From Tubiluchus corallicola (Eukaryota > Animalia > Priapulida), in the NCBI GenBank assembly GCA_030141605.1, contig JAQGDQ010002369.1, positions 372,001 through 436,000 of the forward strand: DNA of 64,000 bases. Reading direction: 5' to 3'. The translations under genes were made by a program, and so were the position numbers. The notes below the pieces were generated by a model. It was given only the letters and a program-made list of their open reading frames with translations, ran no database searches and was not told the DNA's origin. Of this stretch, positions 1-8,278 are shown one piece after another; within the stretch, counting starts at the first letter, position 1; the number at the start of each line of letters is the position of its first letter.

Positions 1-3
1 CAT

Positions 4-294
4 TCAATATATCAGCGGTTCTCCCAAAAGACCTGTGTCGATTTTTACTACACCATCTGCCTTACAAATTTTTTGGCAAGCCTGCTCTGGGACATCTTCT
101 TTTCCTCCTGGAGGGGGCCCACAGATTATTCTACAAGTTTTTTGCCTAGCTCTTACTTTTGCTTGTGAAAGGTTTGACATCGCATGGGTTACAATAGCTG
201 CAACTGCAAGAGCTGTAATCGCACCAAAATTTTGTACTGGGTTCCCTATAAAGGAAACCATTGGGAAATTATTACCAAGAGCTTCAATAACCAT
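4..294 (-). CDS. small membrane-anchored, Cys-containing hypothetical protein
   Basis: ATG at 294 preceded by AGGAG; hydrophobic segment FGAITALAVAAIVTHAM, then CRIIC...CQKIC; the ORF-track extension to 438 overlaps the upstream paralog. Confidence 0.6.
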   Translation of the reverse strand: MVIEALGNNFPMVSFIGNPVQNFGAITALAVAAIVTHAMSNLSQAKVRARQKTCRIICGPPPGGKEDVPEQACQKICKADGVVKIDTGLLGEPLIY

Positions 295-329
295 GGCTAT
301 TACTCCTATTTTAAGTATTATTTGGATTC

Positions 330-584
330 TTATTTGCAAATATGTTTTCCCCTTAAATAGACCCAAAAACAAGCCTGGCCTTTCCAACCGTGAACATCTT
401 TGCACTCTTGGTAATGTTCTTGATCTACGTGTTTCCAAAAATGACCTAATACATTTGTTTTAGGAAGTTGAGATAAAACAAGAAGAGCTAATCCTGTAAA
501 TGGCTACAGGACCGACATGTGGTGCTCCATAAGCTCCACGAAAGCCAACGCTCCTGGAAAATTGCCTATAGGTAGAAGAGCTAT
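330..584 (-). pseudogene. degenerate paralog of the 4..294 protein
   Basis: Manual translation: (ATA)ALLPIGNFPGALAFVELMEHHMSVL*PFTGLALLVLSQLPKTNVLGHFWKHVDQEHYQECKDVHGWKGQACFWVYLRGKHICK*; AAGGA upstream; in-frame TAG at 504-506. Confidence 0.5.
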
Positions 585-671
585 GATATATTCCTTTTTT
601 TTAAACTTTTTCTCATAAGAAGAAGAGTTACAATTCTATTCATATTCTTGGTGGTTTATGTGTTTCTTTGC

Positions 672-1021
672 TTATCTCTCATTTTGTTCCTTTATTCGTT
701 CTTCAACTCGAGAAATAAAATCGAACATGGCTTTATTGAGTGGATCCGATTGAGGGTCGCAAATCAACTGTTCTTTGATTTTATCTAGAATGAAAAGAAC
801 GGTATATGGATGTTTTGCCTGGCATTCAGCTCATTAACTACCTGTTTCAGCTGAATGAATTCCTCAATTCTATCCTCTTCCGATTCGATATGAGATAAAG
901 GTTCGGGCACCTCATGGATAGCGATTGGGGAAAATTCTGAGTCAAAGACCTCTTTGACATCACAATACGATGGCCCCATGAAAAATAACGAAATAACCAC
1001 AGATATTACAAAAAACTTCAT
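672..1021 (-). pseudogene. secreted hypothetical protein, frameshifted paralog of 1158..1511
   Basis: AAGGAGG RBS and signal-like MKFFVISVVISLFFMGPSYC; after a shift near 815 the frame continues YTVLFILDKIKEQL...MFDFISRVEERIKEQ, matching YTSFTLIQKIKEEI...MINFFSRIENCIQEQ of the neighbour. Confidence 0.6.
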
Positions 1022-1157
1022 GACAATCCTCCTTGTTATTTTTTGAGTACTCTCCAGAAATGCTCTGAGTCGACTGAGGGAATCTGCATGCTCAACTTTT
1101 TTCCCAAGCATGTTTCCTGCCTATTCATTTGATGAACAAAGGTTCCTTGCTAGCTGT

Positions 1158-1511
1158 TCACCATTCATTACTTTTGTCACAGAAACCTCCTTGTTGTTCT
1201 TGAATGCAATTCTCTATACGAGAGAAAAAATTGATCATGAAATGGTAGGCCTCTATCGGAAGATCTTCATTTCCTATTTCTTCCTTTATTTTCTGGATAA
1301 GAGTAAAAGAGGTGTAATCAGTCCCGTGTCTGGCATTCATATCGTCTGCAGTCATTTGAAGAACACGGACAACGTTCTCAAAGCCATCTTCCCGATCGAT
1401 TCCAAACATAGATTCGAATAGCTCAATTGCTTTTCTTTCAGAAAAATCTGAATCTTCACAGGATTCGCTTGAAATGAAGCACATCGAAAAAAGAGCAAAG
1501 ATGGAAAACAT
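1158..1511 (-). CDS. small putative secreted acidic protein
   Basis: 117-aa ORF with hydrophobic N-terminus; paralog of 672..1021. Confidence 0.6.
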   Translation of the reverse strand: MFSIFALFSMCFISSESCEDSDFSERKAIELFESMFGIDREDGFENVVRVLQMTADDMNARHGTDYTSFTLIQKIKEEIGNEDLPIEAYHFMINFFSRIENCIQEQQGGFCDKSNEW

Positions 1512-1554
1512 TTTTTTATAATCACAACCCCTTAATATTGATAAATCCGAATGC

Positions 1555-1637
1555 CTAAACTTAACAATTCGTTAACAAAGAGATAACTGTACGAAATTAG
1601 TCAATCCAAATGATATGGGTAGAAATACCCATTTTTA
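1555..1637 (-). promoter_or_regulatory. duplicated promoter module copy 1 with perfect palindrome ATGGGTA-GAAA-TACCCAT (1615-1632)
   Basis: Near-identical to 2379-2462; lies upstream of 1158..1511; minus-strand TACAGT 23 bp from the box. Confidence 0.65.
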
Positions 1638-1706
1638 CGGAATGAGTTCATGTTTATCGGGATTTATTAAGAGAATAAGATTGTTTTGAAATAGAAAATC
1701 CATTTT

Positions 1707-2336
1707 TCAAGATGGCTTGGTGGGAATCTTAATGACCCACAAACCAAAATTGAAGTAGTTGGTCCATTCGAGATGGACAAATTCTTCTGCGCCCTGATTC
1801 CGTAGTTCAGAATAGCTATGATCGGTAGCATCAGGAGCTGGGAAATATACATCTTCCGCAAAATAGTCGCGGAAAGAAATATTCTCTCTTTCTTCTGCAG
1901 TTAAGCCTGATGGCATTTTCGCACAATAGGCAAGACGATCCTGAGTCAGATCTTTAATACAGCGTAATTCCATTTCCTGAGGTGAAACAGAAGAAAAATA
2001 GATTGTACCTGCCACTGCTGCAAGTCCCCCCAACAGAATTTTCCCTCGATGCTGGCAAACCCTTCCCAGTAAAGATGGCGCTTGCCTTCTTTCCTGTTGG
2101 CCTAATTCTGCAGTTGGATCATTATCTTCACCCACTTCATTTTCAACTTTAGGCTTATACCTTAAAGAAAGATGGTGCTTGCCTTTCTGTTGTAAATAGG
2201 AACTAATCGTTTTGGCAGTCCCTTTCAAGCTAACATCTATAAGTTCTCTCTGACTAGCTGGACCGATCTGAGGCCCAGCATATGCTTCAGGGAATCCCAC
2301 TGATCCTGTAAAATTGTCTAAAGACAGAGTAATCAT
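1707..2336 (-). CDS. hypothetical protein with central TM segment
   Basis: 209-aa ORF, GGAG RBS, ILLGGLAAVAGTIYF. Confidence 0.65.
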   Translation of the reverse strand: MITLSLDNFTGSVGFPEAYAGPQIGPASQRELIDVSLKGTAKTISSYLQQKGKHHLSLRYKPKVENEVGEDNDPTAELGQQERRQAPSLLGRVCQHRGKILLGGLAAVAGTIYFSSVSPQEMELRCIKDLTQDRLAYCAKMPSGLTAEERENISFRDYFAEDVYFPAPDATDHSYSELRNQGAEEFVHLEWTNYFNFGLWVIKIPTKPS

Positions 2337-2378
2337 AATAAAACTCCAGGTTTATTGAACCTTTTCATGTTGACAAAT

Positions 2379-2462
2379 CTAAAAACTTAACAATTCGTTA
2401 ACAAAGAGGGGACCTTACGAAATTAGCCAATCAAAAAGATATGGGTAGAAATATCTATTTTT
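2379..2462 (-). promoter_or_regulatory. duplicated promoter module copy 2 with degenerate palindrome ATGGGTA-GAAA-TATCTAT (2441-2458)
   Basis: Same CTTAACAATTCGTTAACAAAGAG...TACGAAATTAG block as copy 1; minus-strand TAAGGT again 23 bp from the box. Confidence 0.6.
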
Positions 2463-2500
2463 TGACTAATCGAAGTAAAAGTCGTATGAGAAGGAAAGAA

Positions 2501-2995
2501 TTAGAGTGAGAAATACCCTAGATCAACAAGTTCTTGGGATTTTTGAATGAGTTCAGCCTTAGAATGACATGAGAGCTTTTCTTTAATCCTCTCAACCCGA
2601 TGCTCGATCGTGCGCTTTGATCGATAAACATGTTTTGCAATCTTACTAGCTGAATAACCCTTTAAGAGGAGTTGGATCACTTCCATTTCTCTCTCTGTAA
2701 TAGGATGTTCAAGATCTACGCCCATTTGTTTGAAAAATTTCTGTTTAGCTAACTGATTTTGTGGGATTACGGGAGTGCTTTTCTCATAAAAAGAGGGACC
2801 GATGAGCTCAGCAATGTTAATCTGGTTATCTTCTAACTTTGAGAATAGAAATCGATTCTCTTCTTTGAATTTTTTAATGAATAATCTCAGTAGTGCTTGT
2901 TCATTCATCACTCGAATGATTTGAGATTCATCTGGGGAGCAAAAAGAAAGGCCAAAAACTTCCATTCCTGTGGGAGTCCTGTTGATCAGTGACAA
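2501..2995 (-). CDS. LuxR-family HTH transcriptional regulator (possibly N-terminally truncated)
   Basis: C-terminal ITEREMEVIQLLLKGYSASKIAKHVYRSKRTIEHRVERIKEKLSCHSKAELI. Confidence 0.8.
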   Translation of the reverse strand: MSLINRTPTGMEVFGLSFCSPDESQIIRVMNEQALLRLFIKKFKEENRFLFSKLEDNQINIAELIGPSFYEKSTPVIPQNQLAKQKFFKQMGVDLEHPITEREMEVIQLLLKGYSASKIAKHVYRSKRTIEHRVERIKEKLSCHSKAELIQKSQELVDLGYFSL

Positions 2996-3162
2996 GGGTA
3001 TTTTCTACCAGGGTATGAAATACCTGCCTTGCTTCATGGAACCCTTCAGTTAGTTGAGTAAATTTTAACAAAAAATTAAGGGTTGAGTAATAAAATGGAG
3101 GTGTCTATGAATTTAAAACCTTTCAGATTTTCTGGAAAAGGCCAAGAACCATAGAATTTGGT

Positions 3163-3973
3163 ATGGATAAGAAAGTAGATCTGAATGGCACTCATGTAAT
3201 CACCTCAGCAGATAAAGTCTCAAAAATCTTTAGCCCCCTCAAGGACCTAGGTATTTCGACCTTCCGCTATGGAAGGATCTATCATGATGGTTCTAGAGTC
3301 ATCTTATCGAACCAACCTGAAGTCCCCCGATTTTTCTATGAAGAGGGGCATTATCCCCATACCTGGCATGATAATGACTTACCTAGCTCTGAATATAACT
3401 CTGTTATCTGGGCAGTTGAACGGCTCTCAGATTCCAAAATCCAAAATGAGATCGGACGAGAACTGAAAAAGTTATTTGGATTAACAGAGGCCATCGACCA
3501 GATCTATCACTCTCCAGACTATGTCGAACTCTTCAGTTTTGGCTCGGATGATTGTAACATCTATAACCTTGATAAAATGGTACTGAGCCGCTTTATGTAC
3601 TATTTCAAGGAGCAAGCCAAAGATCTAATATTTCAAGCTGAGAATGAAAGAATTCCTGTCCCATTGAGGAAATCCCCACAAAATTTACAAATTTCTGGAG
3701 AGAAAAAACTCCAGTTCTTAAAGTCGACCAAAATTAAGAGATATTACCTCAGTGGCCACTATCAGGGCATTTATCTCACAGTTCGGGAGATAGAGAGTCT
3801 AAACTGGGCAGTGAGAGGCAAGTCGATGGAAGAGGCCGCTAAAATATTACATATCAGTAGAAAAACATATCGAGAACATCAAATGCAAGCTCCACTTAGT
3901 GAAGCGGTCCCAGCTTATTTTCTTTGCGATAGATCAGGAGTTAGTCTTTGATCAATGTGGGAGTGGGATTTGA
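3163..3973 (+). pseudogene. LuxR-family regulator with frameshift in the HTH recognition helix
   Basis: LTVREIESLNWAVRGKSMEEAAKILHISRKT, then ~10 nt missing near 3866; IENIKCKLHLVKRSQLIFFAIDQELVF continues in another frame and matches the paralog at 31894..32721. Confidence 0.75.
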
Positions 3974-4285
3974 GAGAGAAAATAGATCTAGATGGTAGCC
4001 ATACCATCACTTCAGCAGAAAAGGTTTCGAAGTTGTGCAAGCCACTTGAAGATCTATTTGGGAGGAATATTCTTCAGATATGGAAAGGTGTTCAATGACG
4101 GCTCCAGAATCGTTCTCTCTAACAATATCGATCTTTTCAGATGGACCTATGAGGAGAATAATTACCATTTAACATGGGGAGATCATGATCTTCCCATTTC
4201 ACAATTTCAGTCTACAACTTGGGCGGTTCAAAGACTATCTGACACAGAGGAGCAAAGAGCCTTTAGAAAGGAGTTGAAAGGATAA
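3970..4285 (+). pseudogene. truncated, frameshifted LuxR-family regulator (N-terminal part only)
   Basis: TTG-REKIDLDGSHTITSAEKVSKLCKPLED, +1 shift near 4066, then IFFRYGKVFNDGSRIVLSNN...; closely similar to 31894..32721; no HTH. Confidence 0.75.
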
Positions 4286-4352
4286 TGCAAAGTCACATTT
4301 CACTTTCTTCTGGGTTCTTGCATAACTCTAAACATTTGCTGATTTTGATCTC

Positions 4353-5927
4353 CTATTCAGCTTGATCGTTGATTAAAAAACTCACTTTTGCTTTCGCCAA
4401 GGCTGCTCGGTCAATTTTCCCATTTTGGGTGTATGGCCAATTGTTGGTTTGAATGAGAACTGAGGGGACCATATAAGATGGAAGTTTCTTTTGAAGATGG
4501 GTTTGGAGCTTTTCTGAAAGCTCTTCTTTTAGAATTGTTGAAAAATAAGCTATTAACTGCTTTTGACCAGGTGTTTCTTCCTGGACTACTACAACAGCTT
4601 CATTGATCCCTGGATATTGATAAATCGCATGTTCGACCTCTCCTAATTCAATCCTATGAGCACGAATTTTCACCTGGAGATCGGCTCGACCTAAAAACTC
4701 GATATTTCCATCCGGTAAAAGACGACCCAAATCTCCCGTACGATATAACTGAACTGGTTCTTCTGTTAAAAAAGACACCCAGATAAATTTCTCAATTGTA
4801 AGAGCTTTTTGATTTAGATATCCTCTTGCCAGGCCTGGTCCACCGATAAAGATTTCTCCTTTTGTTCCATCAGGAACCTTTTGCAGGTTCTCATCTAGGA
4901 TATAAATCTCATTATTTGAAAAAGCTTTTCCAATCGTAATTTCATTTATTTGCTTTGTAAGAGGATCATAAATTTTAGCAGCCGTAACTCCCATTGCATA
5001 CTCTGTTGGACCATAGGCATTATAAAGAGCGGCATTAGGGGCAATTTTCGCATGTAGTCTTGGAAGTTCATTAGGGATGTTTTCCCCACACAGATCAATA
5101 GTTTTCAAAGAAGGCAATTCTTGAGATTTATTCAAAATCATTGAGTAAAGAGAGGAAGAACAGAGCGTAAAATTAATCTCGTATTTTTCAATTAAGGAAA
5201 TCATTTCTTCTGGATGTTCCGGATCGATGCCTGATTTGTTTTCAGGTAAACAGACAGTTCCTCCTGAAGCAAGGGCGTGTGCGATGATAAGAAGGCTAGG
5301 ATCAAAACTAATACTCACAGACATGAGGGAAATGAGCTTTTCTGGATGCAGTTCCTGATAGGCTAAAGCGGCATGAGATAAGCCTTTATGTTCGATCATG
5401 ATTCCTTTTGGTTTGCCTGTTGAGCCAGATGTATAGATCACGTAGGCCAATTGATCTGGTTGAATTGCTTCCAGTGAAAGATTAGGTTCCTCTTTCGGAA
5501 GCTTGTCGATAAGGATTAACTGATTGGAAGATGTTGTAAATTTATTACTTAAGAAGGAGTTTGTTACGAAAGTATGAGGCTTTGCATCATCAAGCATCAT
5601 TTCTATTCTCTCCGCAGGATAGTTGGGGTCAATAGGAAGATAGGCGCCTCCAGATTTAAAAATGCCTAATATTCCTACTAAGAGATCCAGACTATTGTAG
5701 AGGCCTAAAGCTACTATTTTTCCTGCGTCAACTCCCTTTGATTTCAAATGAAATGCTAGTAGGTTTGACCTGTAGTCCAGTTCTTGATAAGTGAGGGGTT
5801 TGTCGTCAAATATAACTGCGATAGCACTAGGTGATATTTGAACTCGGCGTCTAAAAAGATCGCAGAAAGTGTAAAAAATTTTTTTTAAATTCTTGTGCAG
5901 ATGCAGATCTTTTTTATTAGAATTCAT
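4353..5927 (-). CDS. stand-alone NRPS-type amino acid adenylation domain protein (no carrier domain)
   Basis: Core motifs LTYQELD, YVIYTSGSTGKPKG, FDPS, NAYGPTE, GEIFIGGPGLARGYL, YRTGDL, GRADLQVKIRAHRIELGEVE, LPSYMVP, NGKIDR. Confidence 0.9.
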   Translation of the reverse strand: MNSNKKDLHLHKNLKKIFYTFCDLFRRRVQISPSAIAVIFDDKPLTYQELDYRSNLLAFHLKSKGVDAGKIVALGLYNSLDLLVGILGIFKSGGAYLPIDPNYPAERIEMMLDDAKPHTFVTNSFLSNKFTTSSNQLILIDKLPKEEPNLSLEAIQPDQLAYVIYTSGSTGKPKGIMIEHKGLSHAALAYQELHPEKLISLMSVSISFDPSLLIIAHALASGGTVCLPENKSGIDPEHPEEMISLIEKYEINFTLCSSSLYSMILNKSQELPSLKTIDLCGENIPNELPRLHAKIAPNAALYNAYGPTEYAMGVTAAKIYDPLTKQINEITIGKAFSNNEIYILDENLQKVPDGTKGEIFIGGPGLARGYLNQKALTIEKFIWVSFLTEEPVQLYRTGDLGRLLPDGNIEFLGRADLQVKIRAHRIELGEVEHAIYQYPGINEAVVVVQEETPGQKQLIAYFSTILKEELSEKLQTHLQKKLPSYMVPSVLIQTNNWPYTQNGKIDRAALAKAKVSFLINDQAE

Positions 5928-6112
5928 TGGTTTAATTTAATTTTAACGTGTATGAACAATAGCATTTTTCATAAAATAATGCTCGAAAATTGAAGTCTAG
6001 GATAAGAAAAAATTATATCAAATTATGCTTTTTTTCTTAACCTTTTCTTAACCTTTTCTTGACAAAGTCTTGATCGAAGAAGAATATTGTCATTCAGTAA
6101 AGGAGAAAAATA

Positions 6113-6907
6113 ATGGTTGTTTTAGATGCACCTGATCTTGATGCGCGTCATTATGTGAATCACTCGAAGCTTCAGTTTGACCGTGCGCAAGCATTAATTG
6201 ATTCTTTGCAGATAAGTTCATCAGCTTCAGTACTCGATATTGGTTGTGGTTATGGAAAAATCATTGTTGAGATCTCACAAGTGGCATCAAAGGGAAAATC
6301 CATAGGAATAGATGCTTCATCTAACATGATCAGTCTTGCAAGGGAAGAATATCCACAATCGAAATTTCCAAATTTAGAATTCCACCAGATGAAAGCTGAG
6401 GAGATGAATTTTTCAGAAGGAAGTTTTGATATCATCATTTGTACTAGTTGTTTTCTCTGGATTAGAAAACCTAAAAAAGCTCTGGAACTGATGTATAAAT
6501 ATTTAAAGCCAGGGGGATTATTAGTTATTTTAACCTATCTTAAAGAATCCCCATATGCAGATTTTTTAGAAAGAGTTCTCGAAAAATCGTTCCCATCCTT
6601 TAAAGATCATTCTGCTACTAAAACTATGCTTTCTCTTGAGGAACACAAACGAGTGTTGATCTCGCAGGGTTTAGAACTTGAGATGTTTTCTTCCGAACGA
6701 CATTTATTTAATTATAACAATAAGGAAGAATTGAAGGATTATATTAGAGGATGGCTAACTTGCTATGTTCCTTTACCTTCAGAGCTACATGAATCCTTTT
6801 TAACTAAAGCCGCGGAAGAAAGTCTTTCCGAGAATATAAGTTCAATACAAGGTGAAATTGTCTTGCCTCATCAATTGTTGGCTATCAAGGGGCGCAAACC
6901 TCTTTGA
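6113..6907 (+). CDS. class I SAM-dependent methyltransferase (Tam/UbiE-like)
   Basis: VLDIGCGYG motif I, GIDAS, FDIII, LKPGG; AAGGAG RBS. Confidence 0.9.
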   Translation: MVVLDAPDLDARHYVNHSKLQFDRAQALIDSLQISSSASVLDIGCGYGKIIVEISQVASKGKSIGIDASSNMISLAREEYPQSKFPNLEFHQMKAEEMNFSEGSFDIIICTSCFLWIRKPKKALELMYKYLKPGGLLVILTYLKESPYADFLERVLEKSFPSFKDHSATKTMLSLEEHKRVLISQGLELEMFSSERHLFNYNNKEELKDYIRGWLTCYVPLPSELHESFLTKAAEESLSENISSIQGEIVLPHQLLAIKGRKPL

Positions 6908-7059
6908 CTCTCTCTCATTCTCAAAAAGCAACTTTCAATTCCACTCTCACACTTGCATGAAAAGCCTTCTCAGAATATATCCAAAGATAAGTGAGACAAA
7001 AAGAGCTTAATAGTTCTGGGGAAATTCTATAGTCTGTATGGACTATCTTGTCATGTAAG

Positions 7060-8253
7060 ATGCGACAGCAAATAAAAAACACTCCCAATTACTTTCTGCC
7101 GTTATTGATAGCCTTCATTTTATGGGACATTATCACTGAAAATCTCATGGTGCAAACGTTCTATAAAGAGCCTTCTGTTAAAGAGTTTGTGCTAACCATT
7201 TTGCTTCTTTTCATTCAAATATTTGCATCGCCTCTTCAATCAGGGTTTTCCGATTTTTACTGCAGAAAAAAAAGTTTAGCGGTGGCCCTGTTTTTCTCCT
7301 TTTTCAGTTTGGTTGTAATGTTTCTGTTTAAACTGAAAATTCTGGATTATTTTCCAACACTAATTTTTATAGTTCTTATAAATGGTATGTTAGGAAATGT
7401 CATACCAATTACATGGGCAGCAATTGTAGACTTGAAGCATAAAGATTTTCGGTTTGCTCTGGCGCTCTCTACTGCGGCCTATGCTTTGGGCTACCTAATA
7501 ACAGCTGCATTTACGAGGTTTCTTCCAACTAATGAATCGATTTTAATAACCGCTGTTATTTATGTTCTCCTTGTTATTATTTGCATCTATAAATTCAAAG
7601 ATACACGAGACAAGACAGATGGGGGAACTCAGGTTCAAATGAATAAAAAAGTAACCTTTCTCTCTTTGATTCGTAGAGAAATTATTTTGATTGTTAAGGA
7701 TGTGAAGGATACCCAAATGCGTAATGGCCTTCTGTCTTATTTATGCTGGGCTACTTCTCTTTATGGTATTCTTCTTTGGCTTGTAGATTTTTCAAAAATA
7801 GATCCCTATGCTGGGATTGTGATGATGGTTGGATATTTGATAGGAGTAGCCACCTTGAAGTATTGTAGTAAAGTTGAAGACAGCACCATGATAAGAATCG
7901 GATATTGGTTTTCTGTTATTCCTCTTTTTTTTCTATTTGTCTTATTCCCTCTTTTTGAAACTTCGAGATTGCTAATGAGGATTTGCAATTTCTTTCATGC
8001 CACAGGAAATGCATTTTTGAGTCCCTCTATTTTATCGTTACTTTCGAAGGACCGAAAAACGCATCAGCAAGGAAAAGTATTTGGATTAGTGGAATCTTCA
8101 GATACAATAGGGACCTTATTGGGAATTGTCGTTATTTTAGTACTCAACTTTTTCGAAGCTTCCTTGACTTACTTACTAGGTTTTTCATTTGGAATCTTTG
8201 TTCTCTCTTGGCTTCCATACTCGAGATACGAAAAACTCAAACAAGTTCAATAA
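7060..8253 (+). CDS. MFS transporter (TetA/DHA1-like exporter)
   Basis: About 12 hydrophobic segments; SGFSDFYCRKK resembles MFS motif A; QQGKVFG. Confidence 0.75.
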   Translation: MRQQIKNTPNYFLPLLIAFILWDIITENLMVQTFYKEPSVKEFVLTILLLFIQIFASPLQSGFSDFYCRKKSLAVALFFSFFSLVVMFLFKLKILDYFPTLIFIVLINGMLGNVIPITWAAIVDLKHKDFRFALALSTAAYALGYLITAAFTRFLPTNESILITAVIYVLLVIICIYKFKDTRDKTDGGTQVQMNKKVTFLSLIRREIILIVKDVKDTQMRNGLLSYLCWATSLYGILLWLVDFSKIDPYAGIVMMVGYLIGVATLKYCSKVEDSTMIRIGYWFSVIPLFFLFVLFPLFETSRLLMRICNFFHATGNAFLSPSILSLLSKDRKTHQQGKVFGLVESSDTIGTLLGIVVILVLNFFEASLTYLLGFSFGIFVLSWLPYSRYEKLKQVQ

Positions 8254-8278
8254 GCTTTCTTAGTATTTCTGGTTGGAA

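Noticed and set aside
565-585. ATAGGTAGAAGAGCTAT as a third operator copy
   Set aside because: Poor symmetry, and it lies within the 330..584 coding remnant
4353-5927. Assigning beta-Phe specificity to the A domain from sequence
   Set aside because: The loop after YGPTE has normal length and I cannot read a reliable specificity code by eye
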